From positions 1-64,000 of IMG/VR virus record IMGVR_UViG_3300008459_007659: a stretch of DNA of 64,000 bases. One strand, given 5' to 3'. Both the position numbers and the translations under genes were made by a program. This document shows positions 40,834 through 49,333 of this stretch, in pieces. The notes under the pieces are model-generated. The model worked only from the letters and a program-made list of their open reading frames with translations. It did not search any database and had not been told where the DNA came from. The stretch comes from an uncultured virus (IMG/VR IMGVR_UViG_3300008459_007659). Its lineage: Duplodnaviria > Heunggongvirae > Uroviricota > Caudoviricetes. Each line of letters begins with the position of its first letter. Within the stretch, counting starts at the first letter, position 1.

Positions 40834-43734
40834 ATGGGATTTATAAGTGATAGTATATCGGGAACAACAATAAGTGGTGGAACTTTTTATGGTGATGGAT
40901 CGGGTCTAACTGATGTGTCATTAAACGATATTTTAACAGCATCAGCGATTCTTGGTGTAAATATAAACACGTCAAGTGATTACTTAGGTATTACAGCTAT
41001 TGACACATTTGATGATGAATCATCAAATTATATAAGTTGGACAAATGGATCAAACCAAGGAACTGGTTTTAATCCTTGGGTTATATCAACACAACCAAAT
41101 ACAGGTGTTTTTTTAGGAAATCCGGCTTCAGATGGAATGGGAACAACTGGTATTGGGACAAACGCATTCGCTTTATTTGCAACTGACGGATCAAACTATG
41201 TATCAACATCAAGAACATTTACAACACCTTTAAGTGTCGGTGAAGTGTTTTCTTTTTATTGGGCAATTAATTTTGATGCAAATGGTGGAAATAAAGGTTT
41301 TGATTTAAAAGCTGGTGGTGTAACAATATTTAATGCAAATAATAATAATACATCAACAATTACCTCAAATTTATCAGCACCATATAATGTTGTTGATGGT
41401 GGTTATGGGACAACACCAATGCTTGTAACATTAACAAGAGACTCGTCAACACAATATACAATAACAATAACATCAAGAAGTGGTGGTCCAACATATTCAG
41501 CACCAATAAATTCTTCATTAGCAATTAATGAATTAAGTTTTTATTGTGGAGCACAAAGTGATGGATCAGGACAAAGAAATTTATATTTTAATAAATTACA
41601 AATAACACAAAATGTAAGTTTAAATAAAGTTTCTGTTGATGAATTAAAAATCGCATTAAACGTTGGTGATATATTATATTCGGCAGGAACTGGAACCGAC
41701 TCAACTGTAAGAGTAGACAATGGAAATTTTGCAAATGGTAACTGCTCAATTGTTGCTGGAGGAAGTGGAAATATTAGTGATAGTCAATATTCAACAATCG
41801 GTGGTGGATGTAATAACACAATAAATAATTTTACAACAAATTCTAACTATTATTCGGTAGTTGGGAATTTAATTGGTGGGGGTAATCGTAATACAATTGA
41901 TTCTAATACGTTAAATGATGCCGATGTTGGTGGATCAGTAATTGGTGGTGGTTATGTAAATCAATTGATTTCACCTTTTTATGGTTTCAACACGGTTAAT
42001 GGTGGGGTTTTAAATAGAACATTTTTTGATTATAGTACAATTGGTGGTGGAGCAATCAATGTTAACTTAGATTCGTTTACAACAATCGGTGGTGGAGCAT
42101 TTAATACAAACTCAAGTTATACATCAACAATCGGTGGTGGTAATAATAATACAATTGGAACTTTATCTTCTTATTATAATGATCCTATTATTGGTCAAAC
42201 TATAGGTGGTGGATCTTGTAATACAATGTCATCTTATAGTGCTCAGTATTATAATGGTGGTAGTACAATTAGTGGTGGATATTGTAACACAACAGTTTCT
42301 TCATATTATGGAGGGCAAACTATATCAGGAGGGTTTAATAATATAACATCAAGTGATTATGCAACAGTTGGTGGAGGGGTTAGAAACACATCAAGTGGTT
42401 ATTATTCAACTGTAAGTGGTGGGATTAACAATACATCAAGTTGTGGTGGTTCATTTATTGGTGGTGGTTGTAACAACACATCAAGTTGTAATTATTCTAC
42501 CGTAAGTGGAGGTTATAGAAATACATCAAGTTGTTGTAATTCAACAATAGGTGGTGGTAGAAGTAACACAGTAAGTTCTTGTTATTCAACTGTTAGTGGG
42601 GGTCGTAACAACGTATCCGGAATTAGCGGAACTATATCAGGAATTTATGATCAAACATATAATGGAGGAACATTTAGTGGTTATTATGGGTCATATTCAC
42701 CAACCTCAACATCTTCAGGGTTTGGTAATGGAGGAACATTCTCATTTAATTTTAATACGGGAACATTGTCTAACGTTTATGTTAACACAATTGGTCAAAG
42801 TTATGTTCAAGGAGATACGTTATTATTTGACGGTACTTTATTTGGTGGATCAAGTGGTACTGATGATGTGACAATTAAAATTAATGTGACATCAAGTGGT
42901 AATAATTCTACCGTAAGTGGAGGTTATTGTAATACATCAATTGGTAGTAGTTCAACAGTAAGTGGTGGTAAAAGAAACACATCAAGTGGTAGTTATTCAA
43001 CAATTGGAGGTGGTAATGTTAACACATCAAGTTGTTATTACTCAACCGTTGGTGGTGGTAGAAATAACACGTCAAGCGATTATTGTTCAACCATTGGTGG
43101 TGGTTTTAATAATAAAATTAATCCAGCATCATCCGATAGTGGTACTATATACGCATCAACAATAGGAGGAGGATCTTGTAATACAATCGGAACATTATCG
43201 GCATATTATGATGTATATGGTGCAACAATAGGTGGGGGAACTTGTAATACAGTTGGGACATTATCCTCTTATTGTGGTGTGTATAGCTCAACAATTGGTG
43301 GAGGTTCCTTTAATATAATATCATCCTACAGTGGATACTATGAAATGTATGGTAATACAATAGCTGGTGGTACTTTTAATACAACGGTATCTTCAGAATA
43401 CAACGGACAAACAATTGGTGGAGGTCGTGGTAATGTAACAAGGTATAATTATTCAACTGTAAGTGGGGGTAGAACTAACACATCAAGTGGTTATTATTCA
43501 ACAATTGGTGGTGGTATAAATAACACATTAATAAATGGTTGTTCGGCAATACTTGGAGGAATATGTAATACGTCACAACACGATTGTTCATTTATTGTTG
43601 GTAGTGGTATATGTAGTACTGCCGCAAACACAACACACGTAAATTGTCTACATTTCAGTAACATACCTACATCGTCAGCAGGACTTGCACCAGGTACTGT
43701 ATATAGTGATTCGTGTGTATTAAAAATAGTATAA
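40834..43734 (+). CDS. Second Gly-Gly repeat fibre/adhesin
   Basis: TISGGTFYGDGS start; lectin-like N-domain; STIGGGxxNT repeats; C-terminal NIPTSSAGLAPGTVY...LKIV. Confidence 0.7.
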   Translation: MGFISDSISGTTISGGTFYGDGSGLTDVSLNDILTASAILGVNINTSSDYLGITAIDTFDDESSNYISWTNGSNQGTGFNPWVISTQPNTGVFLGNPASDGMGTTGIGTNAFALFATDGSNYVSTSRTFTTPLSVGEVFSFYWAINFDANGGNKGFDLKAGGVTIFNANNNNTSTITSNLSAPYNVVDGGYGTTPMLVTLTRDSSTQYTITITSRSGGPTYSAPINSSLAINELSFYCGAQSDGSGQRNLYFNKLQITQNVSLNKVSVDELKIALNVGDILYSAGTGTDSTVRVDNGNFANGNCSIVAGGSGNISDSQYSTIGGGCNNTINNFTTNSNYYSVVGNLIGGGNRNTIDSNTLNDADVGGSVIGGGYVNQLISPFYGFNTVNGGVLNRTFFDYSTIGGGAINVNLDSFTTIGGGAFNTNSSYTSTIGGGNNNTIGTLSSYYNDPIIGQTIGGGSCNTMSSYSAQYYNGGSTISGGYCNTTVSSYYGGQTISGGFNNITSSDYATVGGGVRNTSSGYYSTVSGGINNTSSCGGSFIGGGCNNTSSCNYSTVSGGYRNTSSCCNSTIGGGRSNTVSSCYSTVSGGRNNVSGISGTISGIYDQTYNGGTFSGYYGSYSPTSTSSGFGNGGTFSFNFNTGTLSNVYVNTIGQSYVQGDTLLFDGTLFGGSSGTDDVTIKINVTSSGNNSTVSGGYCNTSIGSSSTVSGGKRNTSSGSYSTIGGGNVNTSSCYYSTVGGGRNNTSSDYCSTIGGGFNNKINPASSDSGTIYASTIGGGSCNTIGTLSAYYDVYGATIGGGTCNTVGTLSSYCGVYSSTIGGGSFNIISSYSGYYEMYGNTIAGGTFNTTVSSEYNGQTIGGGRGNVTRYNYSTVSGGRTNTSSGYYSTIGGGINNTLINGCSAILGGICNTSQHDCSFIVGSGICSTAANTTHVNCLHFSNIPTSSAGLAPGTVYSDSCVLKIV

Positions 43735-43791
43735 AAAATAATATCAAAAAACATTTCTTAAGAGGAATAAATAAATAAAAAACAAATAAAA

Positions 43792-43983
43792 ATGGAAAAC
43801 AGAGAAATTAAATTATTGTTTAAATATGAGACACCAGTTACTATTGGTGAACATAAAGTAATTGCAATTAGACAAACACCAAAAGGTATTAGATTTAGAA
43901 CTGAAAATGGTCCTATTTTAAAGGAGGTTGAACGTAAAGAAACATGGACTGAACAAGAATTGCATGATTTATTGTTGAGTTAA
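43792..43983 (+). CDS. Small hypothetical protein
   Basis: 63-aa ORF with A-rich leader. Confidence 0.55.
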   Translation: MENREIKLLFKYETPVTIGEHKVIAIRQTPKGIRFRTENGPILKEVERKETWTEQELHDLLLS

Positions 43984-44035
43984 TATTTTAAAAAAAATAC
44001 ATATACTTTTACAAACATATTATTAAAATTGTAAT

Positions 44036-44779
44036 ATGTTTGTAACTGTATGTAATAAAGAATATCTTATTGGTTTTGAGGTAATGTTAAAATCTCTTGT
44101 GGAGAATAACCCAAGAGTTATTGAGGAAGATATCCCATTCACAATTATTAGTAATGATTTAACATCAGATGATTTAATAGTTGCGAGAAAAATTCATAAT
44201 AATATTTCATTAAAAACCTATGATTCATCAAAATATTATGAAATTGATGAGTTAAAAAAACAACAGATGTCGTTTGGTGATTACGCCAAATATGAAATAT
44301 TTTCTATTGAGGATGTTGATAAAATCATATTTCTTGATTCCGATACTTTAATATTAGGGAACATTGATAGATTAATTGACTCTGATTATAATTTTGGTGC
44401 TGTTAGAGAATTGTATATTGACCAATACAATACCGGAGTAATAGTCATTTCAAAGAAATATTTAAACCCTAAAATCACAAATGATTTAATCAATTTAACA
44501 AAAGTTTATGGAATAACTGAACATTCCGATCAGGATATTATAAATCATTACTTTGAAGACGTTATTAAAGATTTCCCAATTGAATATAATTTTTTAAAAA
44601 CATACAATAAAAAAGTATTCCAAAACACAGGGTTACCTAAGTACATCAAAATATTACACTACATAGTTAAAAAACCTTGGCAACAAAAAGAATTAGTGTC
44701 TTTAGAAGAAGGGACTTTATGGACTGAAAGATATTGGTTTGATTATTATTCAAAAATACTTAAACTAAAAAATGATTAA
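44036..44779 (+). CDS. GT8 glycosyltransferase
   Basis: FLDSDTL, YNTGV, DQDIIN, EYN, LHY..KPW. Confidence 0.85.
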   Translation: MFVTVCNKEYLIGFEVMLKSLVENNPRVIEEDIPFTIISNDLTSDDLIVARKIHNNISLKTYDSSKYYEIDELKKQQMSFGDYAKYEIFSIEDVDKIIFLDSDTLILGNIDRLIDSDYNFGAVRELYIDQYNTGVIVISKKYLNPKITNDLINLTKVYGITEHSDQDIINHYFEDVIKDFPIEYNFLKTYNKKVFQNTGLPKYIKILHYIVKKPWQQKELVSLEEGTLWTERYWFDYYSKILKLKND

Positions 44780-45680
44780 AAGACATTACGATAAAAGTGA
44801 GTTATTAAACTACGTTGAGTTAGATAAGGATACAACAACATTAGAGAATAAAGTAATATTATTACATTTAGATTCTTTTTGTTTGGGGGATACTATTTGT
44901 TTTGCGTCATTTATTGATTCATTTATAGATTACCACAACCCAAAAAAAGTTATTGTATCCACATTTTTTCCTCATTTATTAATATCAAATAATGAAAAAT
45001 GTGAAATTATTAACGCCAATCAACAAAAAAAATTAACAATAGATAAATTAATTGATGTTGGTTATGATAAAAATAATATGTCACATACTTTGGGTGGTAT
45101 GTTGTATGCAACCAAAGATACAATGATGATACCACAATCAACCGAACCAAAAAAACCAACATTAATACCAAAATTTAAAAACGTTAAATCAAATAAAATA
45201 ACTATTGCTCCCGAATCATTAAAATCAATTGCTCAATGGGATAGAGATGGTTGGCAGTTAGTTGTTGATTCTTTGGTTAATTCTGGTTTTGAGGTTTTTA
45301 ATGTCTCTTACGAAGATACATTAAAATTAAATAATGTTAAAGGATATCACGGATTTGATGATATCAACGTCTCGTTAAATCACATATTAGAATCAAGATT
45401 GTTTATTGGGCTATCTTCGGGATTATCTTGGTTGGCATGGGCGTATGATGTTCCAGTTGTTATGATTTCAGGTTTTACAAAAGAACACAATGAATTTGAT
45501 TGTTTTAGAGTTATTAATAAAAACGTTTGTAATGGGTGTTTTAATTTATTTCCAAATATTAGCACTAAATGTCCGATATTTTTAAATACAGAAAGAGAAA
45601 ACGAATGTCATAAAAAAATAACACCAAAAATGGTTATAGAACAAATAAACAAGGCAATTATGTTTACAAACAATAAATAA
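44772..45680 (+). CDS. Aah/TibC-like (autotransporter O-heptosyltransferase family) glycosyltransferase
   Basis: LGDTI, FIGLSSGLSWLAWA..VPVVMISGF, and a four-Cys tail CNGC...CP...EC.K.IT. Confidence 0.75.
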   Translation: MIKRHYDKSELLNYVELDKDTTTLENKVILLHLDSFCLGDTICFASFIDSFIDYHNPKKVIVSTFFPHLLISNNEKCEIINANQQKKLTIDKLIDVGYDKNNMSHTLGGMLYATKDTMMIPQSTEPKKPTLIPKFKNVKSNKITIAPESLKSIAQWDRDGWQLVVDSLVNSGFEVFNVSYEDTLKLNNVKGYHGFDDINVSLNHILESRLFIGLSSGLSWLAWAYDVPVVMISGFTKEHNEFDCFRVINKNVCNGCFNLFPNISTKCPIFLNTERENECHKKITPKMVIEQINKAIMFTNNK

Positions 45681-45697
45681 AATATTATTATAAATTT

Positions 45698-46585
45698 ATG
45701 GAAAAAAAATATTCAATATTTCATATAGAAGGTGGGTTAGGAAAACATATATGTGCAACTGCGGTTGCAAAATGTATTAAGAATAATTTCCCTGAAAGAG
45801 AGTTGATTGTGGTATGTGCTTACCCTGAAATATTTTTAAATTTAGAATTTATTGATAGAGTGTATAGAATTGGTAACACACCATATTTCTACGATGACTT
45901 CATTAATGATAAAGATTCAAAAATATTTAAACATGAACCTTATTTCACTGATGAACACATACATAAAAAATTACCTCTAATTGAGAATTGGTGCAAACTG
46001 TTTAATTTGAATTATTTAGGAGAGAAACCTGAATTAGTATTTAATCTTAGGCAAAAACAAACAGGTATTAACAAATGGAAAAGAGATAAACCTGTGATGG
46101 TAATCCAAACAAACGGAGGACCCTTAAATGATCAACCTTATCCATATTCTTGGACTAGAGATATTCCGTATGATGTTGCTCAACATTTAGTTAATTATTT
46201 TTCACCACAATATCACATAATTCAAATATGTAGAAATGAAAAAAATGCAATTGCAGGATGTGAAGTTATTACAGAACAAATGTCTAACATGGAATTGTTT
46301 TCACTATTGTTTATGTCTGAAAAAAGAATTTTAATTGATTCTTGTTTGCAACACGCATCTGCGGCAATGGGAATACCATCAACTGTTTTATGGATAGGTA
46401 CATCGCCAGTTATGTTTGGTTATAACACACACAAAAATATTATTGCAAAATTACCTAACACGGTGAAATTACCTGATAGTTATTTGTTTGATTATAATTT
46501 TAATGGGTTAACACATGAATGTCCTTTAATAGATACCGATATTTTTGATATCGACGAAATAATATATAATATAAATAATTTTTAA
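45698..46585 (+). CDS. GT9-like glycosyltransferase, copy 2
   Basis: Full-length paralogue of 36956..37834. Confidence 0.7.
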   Translation: MEKKYSIFHIEGGLGKHICATAVAKCIKNNFPERELIVVCAYPEIFLNLEFIDRVYRIGNTPYFYDDFINDKDSKIFKHEPYFTDEHIHKKLPLIENWCKLFNLNYLGEKPELVFNLRQKQTGINKWKRDKPVMVIQTNGGPLNDQPYPYSWTRDIPYDVAQHLVNYFSPQYHIIQICRNEKNAIAGCEVITEQMSNMELFSLLFMSEKRILIDSCLQHASAAMGIPSTVLWIGTSPVMFGYNTHKNIIAKLPNTVKLPDSYLFDYNFNGLTHECPLIDTDIFDIDEIIYNINNF

Positions 46586-46586
46586 T

Positions 46587-47408
46587 ATGGTAGAAAAGAT
46601 ATTTTTTCAAAGCTCATTACCAAGAGCTGGTTCAACATTATTACAAAACATAATGGGGCAAAATCCTGATTTTTATGTTACACCAACTTCAGGTGTTTTA
46701 GAACTTGTATATGCCGCAAGAAACAATTACACTAACTCGCCTGAATTTAAGGCTCAAGATTCTAAATTAATGAAAGATGGGTTCATATCATTTTGTAAAA
46801 ATGGTATGGAGGGATTTTTTAATGGTGTAACAGATAAACCTTATGTTTTAGATAAAAGTAGAGGGTGGGGAGTTCACTATGGTTTTTTAAATTCTTTTTA
46901 TCCTGAACCTAAAATAATTTGTATGGTTAGAGATCCAAGATCAATTTTTGCGTCAATGGAGAAAAATTTTAGGAAAAGTCAACATTTAGATTCAGGATTG
47001 GTTAATCATGCTCAAATGGCAGGAACAACGACTGAAAAGAGAATTGATATATGGGCTCAATCACAACCTGTTGGTTTGGCTTTAGAAAGATTACAACAAA
47101 TTTTTAGAGAAGGGGTAAACGACAAAATATTGTTTGTTAGATTTGAGGATTTAACCTCAAGTCCTAAAACAGAAATAGAAAGAATTTATACCTATTTAGG
47201 ATTACCGTATTATGAAGGTCATGACTTTAATAACGTAACTCAAATTACAAAAGAAGATGATTCAATTTATGGTATTTACGGTGATCATGTCATTAAACAA
47301 CGAATAGAACCTACCAAAAAAGATTATCGGGATATCTTAGGTGATGATGCTTCTAATTGGATAAAAAACAGATACAAATGGGTATTTAATCAATTTGGTT
47401 ATTTTTAA
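46587..47408 (+). CDS. PAPS-dependent sulfotransferase, copy 2
   Basis: Full-length paralogue of 35841..36662; LPRAGSTLL, VRDPRSIFAS. Confidence 0.85.
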   Translation: MVEKIFFQSSLPRAGSTLLQNIMGQNPDFYVTPTSGVLELVYAARNNYTNSPEFKAQDSKLMKDGFISFCKNGMEGFFNGVTDKPYVLDKSRGWGVHYGFLNSFYPEPKIICMVRDPRSIFASMEKNFRKSQHLDSGLVNHAQMAGTTTEKRIDIWAQSQPVGLALERLQQIFREGVNDKILFVRFEDLTSSPKTEIERIYTYLGLPYYEGHDFNNVTQITKEDDSIYGIYGDHVIKQRIEPTKKDYRDILGDDASNWIKNRYKWVFNQFGYF

Positions 47409-47413
47409 TTATT

Positions 47414-47872
47414 ATGGAGAATAAAATTTATTGGTTTACCGGTCAGCCAGGTGCGGGAAAGACAGTTTTGTCTTTAATGTTAAAAACGGTTTTAGAACTT
47501 GACAATAGTAATAAAGTATTTCATATTGATGGAGATGAATTAAGAAGTCTTTTTAATAATCAAAAATACGGTAGAGAAGGTCGTGAAGAGAATATAAAAC
47601 GAGCACAAGATATTGCTAAATTTATATTAGCTCAAGGACATAGTGTTGTTGTTAGTTTGGTTGCACCATACAAAGAACTTAGAGAAAGTCTTAAACAAGA
47701 GTTGGGTAATTTGCTTGTTGAGTTTTATGTTCACACTACAGATATTAGAGGTAGAGAACATTTTCACACCGACGAATATGAAAAACCAACAGAAAATTAT
47801 TTAGATATTAATACAACTAATGTTGACCCACAAATATCACTAAACCAAATAATAGAACACATTTCAAAATGA
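47414..47872 (+). CDS. cysC: Adenylylsulfate (APS) kinase
   Basis: WFTGQPGAGKT P-loop, IDGDELR, GREENIKR, VSLVAPY, YEKP. Confidence 0.85.
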   Translation: MENKIYWFTGQPGAGKTVLSLMLKTVLELDNSNKVFHIDGDELRSLFNNQKYGREGREENIKRAQDIAKFILAQGHSVVVSLVAPYKELRESLKQELGNLLVEFYVHTTDIRGREHFHTDEYEKPTENYLDINTTNVDPQISLNQIIEHISK

Positions 47873-48333
47873 ATTGGGAAGTAAAAAATCACGGAGGAGA
47901 ACCTACAACAAACGAAAGTAAAAAATATGCAATATTTGTTGGTAGATACCAACCATACCATTATGGACATATTGAGTTAATACAACAAAAATTAAATCAA
48001 GGAATTCCTGCTCTTATTATGGTTAGGGATATTGAACCTGACGAAAAAAATCCATTTACCACTGAACAAACGGTAAAGATGATTGAGGAATATCATAACT
48101 CAAAAGGTGATGATGTTAAAGTTGTTATTATTCCTGATATTGAATCTGTTAATTACGGTAGAGGTGTTGGGTATGAAATAAATGAATTCACACCACCAGA
48201 TAATATTGGATTCATATCTGCAACAGGAATAAGAAACTCAATTGCTAAAGGTGACGACAAATGGAAAGATATGGTGGACGAATCAATACAAGATTATATA
48301 ATTAATTTTTTAACATATGCAAATACAAAGTAA
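47869..48333 (+). CDS. Small HxGH nucleotidyltransferase (cytidyltransferase-like)
   Basis: GRYQPYHYGH, NPF, ISATGIR; ATGA overlap with cysC. Confidence 0.8.
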   Translation: MNWEVKNHGGEPTTNESKKYAIFVGRYQPYHYGHIELIQQKLNQGIPALIMVRDIEPDEKNPFTTEQTVKMIEEYHNSKGDDVKVVIIPDIESVNYGRGVGYEINEFTPPDNIGFISATGIRNSIAKGDDKWKDMVDESIQDYIINFLTYANTK

Positions 48334-48757
48334 AACTTATCAAATCAGATTTAACACAGATTCAAAAACTGATGATGAAAGATGGAGATTAATTGAAAAC
48401 GGTAACGAGACATTAGTTTCAGACATCATTATTGATGGACACACTCAAACAACTAAAGATTGGTTACCGGAAATTAATGATTATAAATGGCATGTTAGTT
48501 GTGTTGGTTATTGTAGTATTGAGAATAATGTTGCATATATAAAAACCATAAAAGAAGAATCTGTATTAATTAGACATATTTTAAAAACAGTTAGTTATAG
48601 ATTTTTAGGAACCTTAACTACAGTTGTTGTTGCATATTCGTTAGGGGCAACAATTGAGGTTTCGGCATTGCTTGGTGTTGGTGAACTTATTATGAAACCA
48701 TTTATATATTTTGGTCACGAAAGATTGTGGTATAAATATATAAGAATTAAAAAATAA
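48317..48757 (+). CDS. DUF2061-like membrane domain protein with N-terminal extension
   Basis: KTVSYRFLGT...IYFGHERLW. Confidence 0.7.
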   Translation: MQIQSKTYQIRFNTDSKTDDERWRLIENGNETLVSDIIIDGHTQTTKDWLPEINDYKWHVSCVGYCSIENNVAYIKTIKEESVLIRHILKTVSYRFLGTLTTVVVAYSLGATIEVSALLGVGELIMKPFIYFGHERLWYKYIRIKK

Positions 48758-48785
48758 CTTTCTTTCATTGTATTTATAAGATACA

Positions 48786-49280
48786 ATGGAGCAATCAATT
48801 ACTATACAAAGTATTAATTATGACGGTGAACTTGCTAATATCTTATTTAAACCAGATATTAGCGAAACCGTATATAATTTAGGTGATCAGTTTTTACCTT
48901 TTGTGTTTAATTCAAACACAATTAACCCTAATTTAGAAGTATTTGGGACATATACTATATTAATTTTATTTAATAAATGCCCATATTTTTTAAATGTCCC
49001 AAGACTTACTCCTACACCGACACCTACAAATACGCCAACTAGAACACCAACACCTACACCAACACCTACGATTACACCTACACCTACGTTCGATCCTTGT
49101 AAGGTACCAACACCAACACCAACGGTTACTACAACGCCTACGATTACACCTACAAATACACCAACTCCAAGTGTGACTTGTACAAATCCTTGTGGTTGTC
49201 CTGAACCAAGTAAAACACCAAAACCAAGTAAAACACCAAAACCGACACCTACTTGTACAAGTCCTTGTGGTTGCCCATAA
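48786..49280 (+). CDS. Pro-Thr-rich mucin-like putative virion protein
   Basis: Long (TP)n tracts, twin CTxPCGCP motifs, TATTTAT upstream. Confidence 0.7.
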   Translation: MEQSITIQSINYDGELANILFKPDISETVYNLGDQFLPFVFNSNTINPNLEVFGTYTILILFNKCPYFLNVPRLTPTPTPTNTPTRTPTPTPTPTITPTPTFDPCKVPTPTPTVTTTPTITPTNTPTPSVTCTNPCGCPEPSKTPKPSKTPKPTPTCTSPCGCP

Positions 49281-49333
49281 ACAATTTAATTTTTGATTAA
49301 ATGTTTTATTGTATTTATATAATGTAATTTAAA

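Noticed and set aside
40308..43420. DGR template/variable repeat pair
   Set aside because: Differences are not restricted to adenines (e.g. tgt/ttt, tct/tcc) and both copies are internal coding sequence
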